Program-made: the position numbers and the translations under genes | Part shown: positions 21,582 to 33,480 of the stretch, piece after piece | Layout of the letters: each line of letters begins with the position of its first letter | Position numbering within the stretch: position 1 is the stretch's first letter | Notes under the pieces: model-generated | The model's input: only the letters and a program-made list of their open reading frames with translations | What the model was told of the DNA's origin: nothing | Databases searched by the model: none | From: Podospora anserina | Taxonomy: Eukaryota | Direction: 5' to 3' | Length of the DNA: 64,000 bases | Assembly (NCBI GenBank): GCA_017654855.1 | Contig: CM030332.1 | Location: 3,534,001-3,598,000 of the forward strand

Positions 21582-24500
21582 CTACCTCTGCCCCCCAGCC
21601 GGAGGAGGAGGGGAAGCCTGACTAGGCGTAGCCCTAACCTTCAACTTGATAACACTCTTCTTCTTCACCGGCGGGGTCTCAACACTCCCACTCCCATTCC
21701 CTGACGACGTCTTCGCAACAGGAGCGTGATGCTGCGGCGCCCCACTAGGCAAAGGCTTCCTCTGCTTCGGCGCAGCACTCAGCAACCCCGGCGTCCCCGT
21801 CCTCATCCCCGGGGCAGGACTAGCCCTCGACGAACTCGTCGGCGCCGGGCTCCCCCTGCTCAGCAAAATCGGCGTCGACCCACGACCGCCCACCGTAGGG
21901 GTACGACCACGCACAGACGACGACGAATGAGCAGAAGACGACACCTTATGAAGTCCGCTACCACCTCCACCACCACCACCACTGCTGCTGCTGCCAACTC
22001 CACCAAGGATTGCAGGGCGCTTAGCCACGATCGTTGAGGAGAAGGACAAGGCTTGTCCTGATCCTGAGGATGATGGTTTGTTGTTGTTGTTGTTGGCGGC
22101 CGCAGCCGCAGCCGCAGCCTTGACTTCCCGCATTTGCCGTTTTGTCTTTTCGGGAAGTCGATCCCACTGTGTGAACGGAAACGTGACGATTTTGCTTGGC
22201 TTGCCATTCTCGGTCTTGATCTTCTTTGGTCGGACAAGGTCGTCGGCTTCGTCGCTCTTGCGCTTCTTGGCCGAAGGCTTGGGGCGCTTCTCGGCGGGAG
22301 GTTTGGCACCGTTTGTGGCTGGCTTTGGAGCAGCAGACGACGGAGCAGGTGGTGGTGTGGCCTTCCTTGGGGTAGACGGGTTGCCGAGGAGAACAGAAAC
22401 ACGCTGGACCGCGATAGAGTCGGAAACGACTGGGGCCGACGGGCGTGGTGTGGCTGGGGTATTAACCACTTGAGCCATAGCGGCACGAGGCATGACCGCA
22501 ATAGAGTCGCTTGGTACGCTGGGCAGGGTGGGCGGACCCGGAGTACCAGGTCTACTAGCGGAAGGTCCACTGAAGGAAGGTTGTCTACTGACAGAGGCAC
22601 CGCTGAAAGAAGGCTTCGTACTAAGTTTGATCTTCTTGGGTTCTGGTGGTTTGATGACTGGCTCGGGTGGCGGAGGAGGTGGGGGTTCAAGGACAAGCTT
22701 CTGTCGAGGCTCGGTGCGGTATTCGGTCGTGAAGCGAATGATGCATTGTTTCTTGGTGACCCGAGAGGGATCAGGTCGGCCATTAAGCAACGGAGGAGCA
22801 TTGATCTCGCGCGTAGCTTTCCAGACCTTGGGATACTTAAAAGTCAAAAGGAGGTTATCCTCCGGCTCGAACATGGCAAAGCAAAGATCTAGAAGGTTGA
22901 ACTTCTCCTTGGCACTGATCCATGTAGAGTTGACAGCCTTCCAGACAACCAGCTGCAGGTCCTCGTTCCCCTTGAGTTCCTCTTTGAGAGCGGCGAGGGC
23001 ATTCTGAATACTCTGGTTGCGGTTGGCATCAAGCTTTCTCTGCTGAATTTCGGTCTCGCCCTGCTCGATGACAAAACCGTCGTCCTCGACGATGGCCTGT
23101 TGTTGGTCGACCTGCTGGGCCTTGCTCTCACCGAGGGCAATGGCGGCCATACCCTTGCAGAGAACCTTGAACAACCGGTCTCGGACAAACGGCGAGGGGT
23201 CTGTCGAGACGCTGGATAGCAACAGCTTCATTATGGCCGGTTTGGACAGCAGACCGAGCTCAACAAGGCACTCGAAAGCCTTGATGCGGACGAGGTCGAT
23301 GTTGTCATCTTGCAGATACTGAATGAACTCGAGCGGGGCGACCGGGATAACCTTGGCCTTCATGAGTCGCATCTTGCACTCCAGAGCGGCGGTCGTCCAG
23401 ATGTTCTGATAGGATGAGGTCCACTCGTCCATACGGCGATACTTGTCGATTTCCTCAATCGTCTTCTCGATGAAGCGCTTGAACTCCGCGTCCGCTTCAT
23501 CGTGAACGTTCAACGATGACAGCAGATCACGATCGCCATCGACCTTCTTAGGGATCAAGGACGTAGTCAGGGCTTGTAGTAGACACGCCACATAGGGATG
23601 ATCCGAGTAGTCGTTCTCAGAATTGTCGTTGAAGAGGAGCAAGTCGAGCAAAAAGTTCCGCGCGTCCTTTGAGCACCGGCCGTTCTCCCTCGTCTTCGCA
23701 ATGGCCGAGACCATAGCACACTGGACGTGATACTGCGCCTTGTCGCTGAAATCATTCGGCATAGGCGGGAAGGTAACCGCCCCGTTCTTCCCGACCATGC
23801 GGTCGCAAAAGAAGTGCCGGAAGATCAAGATCAAGTGAGCCTTGCCGATGTAGTTCAGCTCCGGATCAGCCATCTTTGGAAGATCCTCGATGGCCATGCA
23901 GCGTATCCCGTAGTAATACCGACGGTCCATAGCCGTCCGAGTCTCAATTGTAGAGACAACACCGCTGGGCCTCGAAGCTCTGCGGAGGTAGAGCATTGAA
24001 TCCTGCTGGGCGACCACATCTCTGTCCTGCTGCAGCTGAGCAACAATCATGTACGGAGGCATGTCCGTCTTCATGGAACAGAGCCACTCAAAGTTGCAGT
24101 CCAGTCTGATCCACTCATAGGATTCCTGATCCATCTGAGCCTGTGTAGCTTGCGACCAGTCCTGAAGGCCCCAGTCTTGCACATCCTTTTCCGTCTGGAG
24201 GACGTCGCCGAGAGCATTGTAATAAACAACGTCATCCTCCTGGAGGTCCTTGTCGGCAGCTGAGTTGGCCGCAGCTGCCGCAGTGGCTTTCTTGGTACGC
24301 TTCATCCGCTTGTACTTGGTGTTGTAGGCGATCTGCCAGTTGGTGGAGACCTTGTCCTTATCAGAGATGGCCATATAGTGCTCATATGGAGTACCATCGG
24401 CCTCTTGAATCCGCACGGAAAACGGTCCAGTGAAATGCTTGGGAACCGATCCAGCCCACACATCATGCCTCAACTCCACCAGCTCGCGGTAGAAATCTTC

Positions 24501-26435
24501 TTTGGTGATCTCCTTGGCGGTATCTTTGCTCTGCCTCTGTTCAACGGTGATATCAACATTCAGGTTCTTCTTGTTGAACTTCTGCTTAATATCGAGCTTG
24601 GGACAGCCGGCGCTGTGGATCCACTGGGCCCAGAGCTCGTCAGGCCGGTACGTGCTCATCTTTTCACAAGCTGTCCGGAACGGCTCGGCAGACAACCATG
24701 TAGTCTCATTCCTGGTGTCAATGTTCGCCGTGGAAACGATCTTGGAGATCACACGGACGATGCCTGTCGATCCTGTCATCTTGGACATCCGTTGATCGAG
24801 GATGAAGAGAACCAACGGAGCTTTGAGGGCCATGAACTCTTGTTCAAAGTCGCCAATGTGAAGGTGCTCGCCAAGATCGTGGAGCGAAGGGCGACTAACA
24901 TCTTGCTCCACCAACTTGTCGGACAGCGTCTTCATGTGAAACCGATACCAGTTATTACCGCATATCGTTTTCATGAAAAGGTCCGTCATGAACCATTGGA
25001 TGCCGATGATCAACCAGTAGTCCGAACGCCGGTTTGGGACGATGTAAACTCCAAAGTACTGGCTAGCCAGAGCATGGACCAGCTTCCGAGTAACTTCAGT
25101 CTCCACCTCAATGATGTCCTCGGGATAGAGAAGTCGTGTGCTGCAGAGCGATATTGAGGTTCCTGAGACCGTGTCTTGAACCATGTCCTCCACAAAGACG
25201 ACCTTGTAACTATCGAATGGATAGCGTCCAAACTCGGGCGCAAAGTAGTCAGCCGCAGCCACGATAGGCTGGCAGGTATGAAGAACCTCTTCAGCGCGGC
25301 CTGGGAGACAGTATCCGTGAATCTTGGCCGCGTTGGCTCCAAGCTTCTCGTCTGCCTCTTCCGTTCTGAACTCGGACCAAAGCTGGATGTGCTCAAACGG
25401 CCCGATGGCAAAGGCGATGTGCTGGGCGGCCGCTATCGAGGACTCAAAGGTCATAATCTTCTTCTTGTCATCCAGAGGATCAATCTGCTCGCCCGTAAGA
25501 TTGCCAGAGCAGACTACGGTCATCTCCAGCATCTTGTCCTCCTCGAGCAGCCTGGAAGCTGGTGGTGGCGGCGCCGGATCTTCCCCTTGTTTTCTCTTCC
25601 TGCTGCCATTCGAGACCAGACTCGTTGATGGTTGAGGGAGGGCAGCTGACTGCTCAAAGACATCACCCAAAGTTCGCGGGCACTTGATGGACAACTCCCA
25701 AGGATGTCTCGACCCCGGGTCATCCACGCATGGGAAGATGCAGGAAACAGCGCCAGGCTCCAGAGAGTGTCGGGTATAGACATGCGGATATCTCTTGTCT
25801 CCCTCGTCGACGCCGACGAAATGCAGGCCATCCCGGATATTTTTCGAACGGAAAGGTATAGCGATCTTATAACTATGAGCCTCAGACTGCTCCATTCCCG
25901 AAGCGGCTGCCTCGTTCTTTGCCCGTGCGAGCTCGGGCATTTGTCGGGCTTTGGCGGGCGGCTCCGACAGATATTCGCGTTTCAACGACACCTTGAGGGA
26001 TCCATCGGCGGGGACGCAACATGGCAAAGCAGTCCGGTCGCTGTTTGGGACCTCGGGTCTCTTCAGCGGTCGCAGAGGCTGCATTCGCCGTGACATGATG
26101 TGGTGTTGTGGGGCGCCGATTTGGTACTCGCAAGGAACCTGCATGAGGTCGTAGGGGTCTGAATATGATGCCTTGGTTTTGAAGCCATTAACGGTGATAT
26201 TGTCGATATCAATATCACACTGACGAGCATCCAGCTGAATTTCTTCGAGGTCCGGCTCGATAGGGAAGATGACCATCGTAGATACTCCATGGACACTCTT
26301 GTTCTGGAGATCGACCTCGATCGCAACGTGCTGCTTGAGCACGACAAATGGGAGAGCCGCAACTGGTGGTGGTGGCAGATCGTCTCCTCCAAGTGTGAGG
26401 TCGCCCGCGGCGCCGTTTTCAACCGTGAGAGACAT
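21582..26435 (-). CDS. TAF2: TFIID subunit 2 (aminopeptidase-like fold without the catalytic HEXXH)
   Basis: About 1617 aa from ATG 26435. IQLDARQC, CIFPCVDD, HIAFAIGPFE, HALASQYFGV, KAPLVLFILD, RIQEADGTPYEH, YNTKYKR, YEWIRLDCNFEWLC, QLQQDRDVVAQ, FNDNSENDYSD. Confidence 0.96.
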   Translation of the reverse strand: MSLTVENGAAGDLTLGGDDLPPPPVAALPFVVLKQHVAIEVDLQNKSVHGVSTMVIFPIEPDLEEIQLDARQCDIDIDNITVNGFKTKASYSDPYDLMQVPCEYQIGAPQHHIMSRRMQPLRPLKRPEVPNSDRTALPCCVPADGSLKVSLKREYLSEPPAKARQMPELARAKNEAAASGMEQSEAHSYKIAIPFRSKNIRDGLHFVGVDEGDKRYPHVYTRHSLEPGAVSCIFPCVDDPGSRHPWELSIKCPRTLGDVFEQSAALPQPSTSLVSNGSRKRKQGEDPAPPPPASRLLEEDKMLEMTVVCSGNLTGEQIDPLDDKKKIMTFESSIAAAQHIAFAIGPFEHIQLWSEFRTEEADEKLGANAAKIHGYCLPGRAEEVLHTCQPIVAAADYFAPEFGRYPFDSYKVVFVEDMVQDTVSGTSISLCSTRLLYPEDIIEVETEVTRKLVHALASQYFGVYIVPNRRSDYWLIIGIQWFMTDLFMKTICGNNWYRFHMKTLSDKLVEQDVSRPSLHDLGEHLHIGDFEQEFMALKAPLVLFILDQRMSKMTGSTGIVRVISKIVSTANIDTRNETTWLSAEPFRTACEKMSTYRPDELWAQWIHSAGCPKLDIKQKFNKKNLNVDITVEQRQSKDTAKEITKEDFYRELVELRHDVWAGSVPKHFTGPFSVRIQEADGTPYEHYMAISDKDKVSTNWQIAYNTKYKRMKRTKKATAAAAANSAADKDLQEDDVVYYNALGDVLQTEKDVQDWGLQDWSQATQAQMDQESYEWIRLDCNFEWLCSMKTDMPPYMIVAQLQQDRDVVAQQDSMLYLRRASRPSGVVSTIETRTAMDRRYYYGIRCMAIEDLPKMADPELNYIGKAHLILIFRHFFCDRMVGKNGAVTFPPMPNDFSDKAQYHVQCAMVSAIAKTRENGRCSKDARNFLLDLLLFNDNSENDYSDHPYVACLLQALTTSLIPKKVDGDRDLLSSLNVHDEADAEFKRFIEKTIEEIDKYRRMDEWTSSYQNIWTTAALECKMRLMKAKVIPVAPLEFIQYLQDDNIDLVRIKAFECLVELGLLSKPAIMKLLLSSVSTDPSPFVRDRLFKVLCKGMAAIALGESKAQQVDQQQAIVEDDGFVIEQGETEIQQRKLDANRNQSIQNALAALKEELKGNEDLQLVVWKAVNSTWISAKEKFNLLDLCFAMFEPEDNLLLTFKYPKVWKATREINAPPLLNGRPDPSRVTKKQCIIRFTTEYRTEPRQKLVLEPPPPPPPEPVIKPPEPKKIKLSTKPSFSGASVSRQPSFSGPSASRPGTPGPPTLPSVPSDSIAVMPRAAMAQVVNTPATPRPSAPVVSDSIAVQRVSVLLGNPSTPRKATPPPAPSSAAPKPATNGAKPPAEKRPKPSAKKRKSDEADDLVRPKKIKTENGKPSKIVTFPFTQWDRLPEKTKRQMREVKAAAAAAAANNNNNKPSSSGSGQALSFSSTIVAKRPAILGGVGSSSSGGGGGGGSGLHKVSSSAHSSSSVRGRTPTVGGRGSTPILLSRGSPAPTSSSRASPAPGMRTGTPGLLSAAPKQRKPLPSGAPQHHAPVAKTSSGNGSGSVETPPVKKKSVIKLKVRATPSQASPPPPAGGQR

Positions 26436-29400
26436 GGCGGGCTGCGAAATGCGATCGGATCGTGATGAAAGGTTGAGAAATCGATTCCGAGTTGAAATGC
26501 GGATGCAGTCGCGAGTCGTGGAAGGTGGGCGAGTGTTAGCACTGCCTGCGAGAGAAAACTGTGATTGAACAGGTCGGCCTCTCAAGGCTCGCGGAGATGG
26601 GACCTGTTCAGTCGGTCATGGCAGTTCGTCAGTGTGCCACGTATGGAAGAGTGACGGCCGTAAAACGGGAGGATAGTGGCTTCGCTCGATGGATGATGGA
26701 TGGTAGTCTCGTTGGCTGGATTGAGATGCACACGCGAGAGAAACCGGTGTTGGCAATGGTTTGGCGACAAAACCGGGAGCTTGAAAATTGACTGTTGTGG
26801 CGGGGAGGGAGAGAGAGCGAGAGGCGTCGTCGGTGTTGCAAAGCCAAAATTCAGAGCAGCAGCTCGCGGTTTGCGGTTTTGCGAAATGCGCCGGCGCCCC
26901 GCAACAGGGCAAGCAGTTAGTTGTTCGCCAGGCAGCACAGTGTCAGAGGTGAGGCTACAGTATCCAGTAGCAGCGCAGGCAGAACGAGTGATGGAATGGC
27001 ACGGCGGAGGGTTCGCCGGGGATTGCTGCCGTCGTGGTTGACGCGATCGAGAGCCAGGCCTTGGCCCAGATGCGGAAATGGTCCCAACTCCGCTAAGCTT
27101 CAGTGGAATACTGATTACCTGCCGAAGTTTTGCCGGGGCATCTCTGATAAGATAAGCCGATAAGAGCTCCAGACTGATGTCATTGTTCACAACATCAACA
27201 ATTCACTTTTCAACATTATATATTTCATTGCTTGTTGGCTTACTGCGATAACTAATGTAGCTTCGTTATTTACGAGGGCCATTTTATTCTTAACCACATT
27301 GCTTCACATTTTCCCGAGCATGGATCATAGAGTCTACAGCTAATATAAACTTTGAGAGGCAGTGACAACACTACATCCCTTGTTGATCCGGCCTCTCAAA
27401 CATCGCTGGAGAATAGGCTCGAAGATCACAGGTGACGAAGGTAATGAGATTATATGAGGTTACTCATTTGATCAACAGCAAGGCAGCTGATCGCCAAGTG
27501 GTTTTTATGACAAGGCTGCTACAATGTTCGACACCAACAGCAACACAACTTGCACAGTATGATGGCTCAATCAGTCGTTGGGAATGGAACAGACGGAGAG
27601 AACCCAAGATATTCGTCCAAGTAGTAAAGATGTCAAACAGAACAAAGTATGGCAAACATCTTCCTGAGTTCTTGCTAATCAGCCCACGACACCTCTTGCA
27701 ACCCAGTTTCGATCCAGGTGCCAGAATCTTCAAAGCCAGAATTTCTGCGCCGGCTGATTACCCAAACACTAAACCTACACCTCACCTCCTCACTTGCGGT
27801 GAGGCATCAAACCCAGATCCCAACTCCAGCCTGGTGCCGAGAGACAGCCTCACCGTCTGCCCACCAAGTCCAGACCTCACCTTTGCCATCTTTGCGGTGA
27901 AGGAATTCTCAAAATCAGACTTCTAGTCCCGTTTCATCCTCACCCCTCAAAAAATTGTGACGAAAAAAAACCCACGATAGGACTCCAACAACAGCCTCAA
28001 CCCGGTGCCACCTCACAAACCCCCACCACACCTTCCCCATTCAGACACAAACGAGACTTCCCATACCCGGTAGTATAGTTCATGTCTGTCTGCGTGTTCC
28101 TACATATGCAGGTTCAGTGAGTCACCGCCCCCCTCTCCCCATGTAAATATTCCTGCCCAATACTATCTCCCAAGCAAATGCCGATGAAACGAAACATTTT
28201 CATCCACTTCATGACTCCTCTGGCCCGATCGTCCGGAGAAACAAAGCAACTGAAACGGTGAAACATGCAGCTAGCTTTCACCTGCAGGAAACAAAACTGG
28301 ATCTAGAAGCACAAGATCTCTCTCCGCCTTTATGACTCTTATTCTTCTGCATGTCGATGTGTTGGGCTGGTTAGGAAAGTCTTGGGGTAGGTTGTGGGTG
28401 ACTGATAGCCAATCGACGGACCGAAACACGAACTTGACAGGTGAATGGCACGTGGTTGTGGCATTTTCAGAGAAATGATTGGCTGTATTCTTGCAGCGTG
28501 GTGACAGGGGAAAAGGAACGAATCGGGACGAGGGGCAGAATCGCGAGCCATACACGACCGGGCCGCAACGGGAACGCCAGAAGATCGCGAGGTCACGGGA
28601 TCTCGTGGAGCAAGAGAAACAAAGTTGCTCGGAAAGATGACATTATTCCCGGGTAATTCTCGTCTAGGGAACTCGTAAGCCGGGAAAGTCGGGGAGAAGG
28701 CTAGTACGTATAAGCGCCCGGTGAGGCGGTGCAAATGGACCCTACGTCAGATTCAAGCAGAACCGTTGACAAGAAGCAGGAGTTGAAATCGGAGACCGGA
28801 AAGGCAAACATGAGAAACTCCGGGGTCGGAGATTCGGTCTGGCGTTCTGGCGGCTACTGAAAATCTTCAGCCATCTCAAACTGCTTGAACTGCTGCGGCC
28901 GCCGAAGGAGGAGGGGGAAAGCTGATCTGATTGACTGCGGCGGCTGTTCACGAAGCACAGCTTAACAAGCCTTTGCTTGGTAATGTTAGCGCTGGCAGCG
29001 GTGGCACAGCAGATTGTGCTAACAGATCGTCGTAATACTCTGCCGGATGTTACACGCGGGCGGAAGCGGGAAGATGGGCGGTTGTGGGCGCTTACAATGT
29101 CAAGCGTCAAGCGAGCTGGGCGGATCTCTCCGGGCGGCTATTTCATAGACCCAAGTCCCAGGGAGCAAAGACCGATATTGGTCTCATATCCGCAACCGCT
29201 CAACGGGCTACTACATCGGACGCTCATAAGACAGAGCAATCTCAGCAGGCGCTCGCTTCTCTAGTGAGATTTGCGTCCAGGGAGACCCAGGACAAGACCA
29301 TGACCGAAGCTTGAGGAAGAAAAGGGAGATCTAGATCCGCAAATGCAAGCATGGGTAAACTCTATTCCCAAAATTAGTACATACAAAAAAAATCATGAGG

Positions 29401-31011
29401 CCAGACCATGAGAATTGTGAGGCGGGCGTGATGCCCAAGGGTTCAAGGGTTAGAAGTGAAGCCATGTCCGGATGCCCAATATCATGTGTTGGCCGAATCC
29501 AGAGTGCAGTTGATATGAAGTCAAGTGCGGGGTTGTATGCTCGACGTTGTATGAATGAATTCTCCGAGGAAAGCCACAGGCGTGGCTGACCAGTTCTAGA
29601 TGGCATCCCCCGCTCTGCAGCCCCGGATTTGTTCTCGTCTGGCCATCGCCATATCAGATGTTTGTCGCGATGGATGGCCGTGTCGTGGTTCGAGTCGCCA
29701 AAAACCGCGAAGAGCGTGGGTGGATGGTGGGACGGTGGTACGTACCGTGAAAAGAAAAGCGCGGCGGCAGCGTGTCGTCGAATGGCAGCTCAGAACCAGG
29801 AACGCTGGATGTTCCCCACAGCGAACGATTGGCGCCCGGCAGCTGGCCAGATGGACCGTTGCGCAAGCTCCAATGCAAGACTATGTGTCTAAATTTGAAT
29901 GACTCATAGACGCTGCATGAAGGAGCTCTCGGACCTATCAGAGGCGTGGTCTTGCATCTTCAAGTCGTTTTTCAAAAGAAAATGTTCGGGGTCTTGTTCG
30001 CTGTTTATGAGGGGAAAGAACTGAGGTTGAGAGAAGCTCTGCTGTGGGGGAGAAATGCGGGAGTTGGTGGAGAGCTTTGGGGGAGGAACGGGGAGCTTGG
30101 GCTACCAGAAACCTCTTTGTCCGTTCGAGGTCTGAATCTCGCACTGGTTCCGACATGTGCCAGACAGCGCAAAAGGGGCCGTGCGACAAAATCACAAATC
30201 TAGCGCGGCACCAAGCCATTGTTTCCAGCGATCTCTGCTCTTTGTGTGGTGGCCATCTGATATTGAAGAGCCGCCGAGCACGGGCCACTCCCGGGTACGT
30301 ACCTTGTCTAGAGACGAGAACCTCAACACCCAACCTCTAACGTGGCTGCTTTCCTCCCTCCACTACGAATCCGCTACTGCCCGGCAGACGTTGAGTGACA
30401 TGATCGTTCCGGGTCGACGCCATCGCTCTCCGCGTTTCAGGTTTATTTTCATCCACTGGGAAAGCAGGGCTACCTCTGTCTGCAGCTGTGTAGGGCATGT
30501 TTGCATGTACATCCCACTTGGGAGAAGTGGAAGACACTTGACAGCAGCCCTGCCCTTTCTGGCGGCGTGGGATTGCCGTCCTGTCCGCTCCTGGCTTGGA
30601 TCGCTTCGCGGTACACGCCCTACACGCCTACCACGTCCCACACGCCCTACACACCCGCGCCCATCTCCAGATATCGCGCCCCCAGCCAGTCCCTGTGGAC
30701 CTACCGGGCTGGTGCATCATGGGCCCGCTCCAGCCGGCCACCCATGGCCTATGATCCCCCGGTTCTGATGTTCTGATCTTGCGACGAGGATAAGTATCCT
30801 CTTTTTCCCACCTCTCGTTTCTCATGTTTCCATTTCCAGTATCAGACATCACCAGTCTTCCATCATCTTTCCTTTGAAACAAAGGGCTTCTCTGGAGAGC
30901 TCGGCTTGAAGCCATCCCATCTCTTTCTGTCAACTCATACACACAACGGAGCCGGACTCCACATCGACAACTACACTAATTTTAGTAATCAACCTCCCCC
31001 AGGCAGTCACC

Positions 31012-32800
31012 ATGGCCTCGTAAGTAAACAACAGTCGAAGTAAACAGAGGCGATCTTGGCGGCTAACATTTCTTGCCATCAATCAGTCTTGGAGAAGTCA
31101 CCTTTGACTTCACATTCCCATGTGATCCTTCAACGCCTCCCAGCTTCACCTTTGACCCATCTCTTTTGGAGATCCCCTACAACCAAGGTCATGCTCGCTC
31201 CAGCTCACTTTCATCCATCTACTCTTTCGAGTCCACACCATCAGAGCCCGTCTCGGCACCCAGCACCCGCCGGACCACCCCAGCCCGGTCTCCCATCCGG
31301 ACTCATGGGCCTCTTCTCCTGCCCAAGATCCGCAGCCAGGATCAAGCCATCGGCCCTTCCGCTGCTGCCCCGGCTGCCAAGCGCCAAAGGACATCACCAA
31401 CCCCAGCTGCCCCCAACAAGAGCGCCTACCGCCCAACACACGCCCGCAGCTACACCAGCCCAGAGGCCATCTCCTTCACCAGCTCGGTCTCTTTCACAGA
31501 TGAGAGCAACCCAGCACCTCTTCTCTGCTCCCCCGTGAGCTTTGCCCACGATTCCGCCGCAAACCACTCCCGGAGAGCATCTTCCTGCAGCGTCGAAAAC
31601 ATCAGCTTCCCCAGCCAGGTCACATCATACCGCCCCATGCCCACATACGTGCCCGCCAGACGCACCAGCACAAGCCCCACACCGCCACCCCAACCCCAAC
31701 CCCAGACCCATCTCTCCCAACCCGAACAGTACAACCTCTACCAACAATATATCCCAAGAGCGCCATCACCATTGGCCGCTGCCGCCCCCATCGTCCCAGA
31801 CATGACCCCCTCCACAACCCTCTACTCCTACCTCACCTCCTCCAACCCAGCCCCATCCCTCGTCAGGAGCATCTCCTTCCCCCTCCGTGACCCGAACATC
31901 AAGCACTTTTGGTGGGACGTCCGCCAGATCAGACCATGGACCAACTTCACCGCCCAGAGCCTCCTGTCTCTCCCCGGCGCGGAGTCGTGCCTTTCCACCC
32001 CGCTCTCAGCGGCTCTGCTGCCCAGCATTTCCGCCGGCGGGCAGAGACACCCCGAGACGGAGGCGGCGCTTCACGGGATCTACGCGGGGTATTACCTCCC
32101 CAAGCTGAACAATGCCCTCGCGCTGTCGTCAACACAGCCGGTGCAGCTGTCGGTGCCGAAGAAGGCTGCTGCTGGGATGAACACGGAGTGCATGTTTGTG
32201 GGCAACGTCCCCGGCGACGAGGCCAGCGCGGCGGCGATCTTCGGGGGCAAGCCGATGGCGAGGGTGGTGGGGATTGTCAAGAGCTTTGATCGGTTCAATA
32301 CCGGGATGAGGGTGGAGGGGAATGTGAAGAGGGTGGAGTACCTCCGCGGTCTTGCGCATCTGCATCATGCGATGAGGGAGCACGGGTGTAGGTATGGGTT
32401 TATTCTGACCGAGATTGAGCTTGTGGTTGTGAGGAATGGGGGGGAGAGGACGCCGCATTTTGGGTTTTTGGAGGTGACGAGTGTGCAGCTGAACAAGACT
32501 GACGATCTGGAGGGGCCGGTGGAGGCGGAGAATGCGGAGATGACGGCTTGTTTGGCGCTTTGGGGGTTGTGCATGCTGGCTGGGGATGGGGCGATGCCGG
32601 GGGAGGCGCATTGGAAGAGCGAGATCGGGGCGCCGGCGGAGGGGACGAGGAGGAAGGCTTTGGAGAGGGATGGGTGGATGCCGCAGCCGCAGTTGGCGGA
32701 GAAGAGGGAGGCGAAGAGGAGTAGGGGGTGGGTTTGGCCTGAGGATGCGGTGGGCAGGAAGGAGTTGGGGAAGAGGGGGGTTAGGTATGGGGGTTGTTAG
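31012..32800 (+). CDS. Fungal protein with a Ser/Pro-rich N-half and a C-terminal globular domain resembling a degenerate PD-(D/E)xK fold; 8-nt first coding exon, intron 31020-31086
   Basis: ATGGCCTC|GTAAGT...GCTAAC...CAG|T gives MASLGEVTF in frame with the 575-aa ORF. C-terminal HFWWDVRQI...VVGIVKS...CRYGFILTEIELVVVR. Confidence 0.85.
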
Positions 32801-32983
32801 TTAGATTGCATGGCTGGTTCATGATGAAAGGGTCTGTGACTCTGGTGAAGAAAAAAAAAGAATAGTGAGACTCATGACTGACGACTGGTTTCGGGTGGGT
32901 CATGGGGACTCGAGGATTGGAGTTTTGGATATGGGAGTGGGCATTTGGGTACATTTTTGATAGTTAATACAAAGTTCAGATGA

Positions 32984-33480
32984 TCAACACCTTTGACGTT
33001 GACTTTCTGTGATATTGTGCGCCTCTTCATCCCAGCAATCCACCATCAACCCTCTCCAACCCAACCTCTTCTCCCAAAGTCCCATCAACACCCATTGTCC
33101 CAAATCCACAGTAAAGCCCTCCAACCCATCACCAAAATACCCCACCGACAACTCCCCGTTGCTTTTACGTCTCCATCCTAGACTTGAGATAGCGATGTAA
33201 GCTGGTTCGAGGTTTCGCCTCTGCTTCTCTGTCAGTGTGGTAAGCAGTTCATTCAATAGGAGACACCGCCTGCTGGCGATGATGGGTAAGCTTAGATGGT
33301 TGGGAATGCCGCGCGGCCGGGCCGTGATTAGTAAGGAGACCCTCGTAGGATAGTTTATATTCCGACTACTGCTGGGGCTGAGATGGATGGGAGGTGACAG
33401 GGGGGAAGCGGGTGGTTTATCTTTGTATGGCTAAACAGATCTATCTTGTTGATGAAGATTACGACGGCTCATTTGGACAT
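32984..33480 (-). pseudogene. Possible decayed small gene
   Basis: Minus-strand TATAAAA near 33726-33732, a CA-rich leader, and ATG 33480 in good context but followed by TGA after 3 codons. A 90-codon tail has the G-rich 3' style of real genes here. No recognisable family. Confidence 0.25.

Noticed and set aside
27630-27926. Small spliced gene between TAF2 and the 31012 gene
   Set aside because: ATG and GTATGG/GCTAAT signals exist, but the acceptor is ambiguous and the ~78-aa product has no recognisable features.
28682-28694. RNase P/MRP CR-I-like GGGAAAGTCGGGG
   Set aside because: No complementary CR-V/P4 strand within the following several hundred bases.
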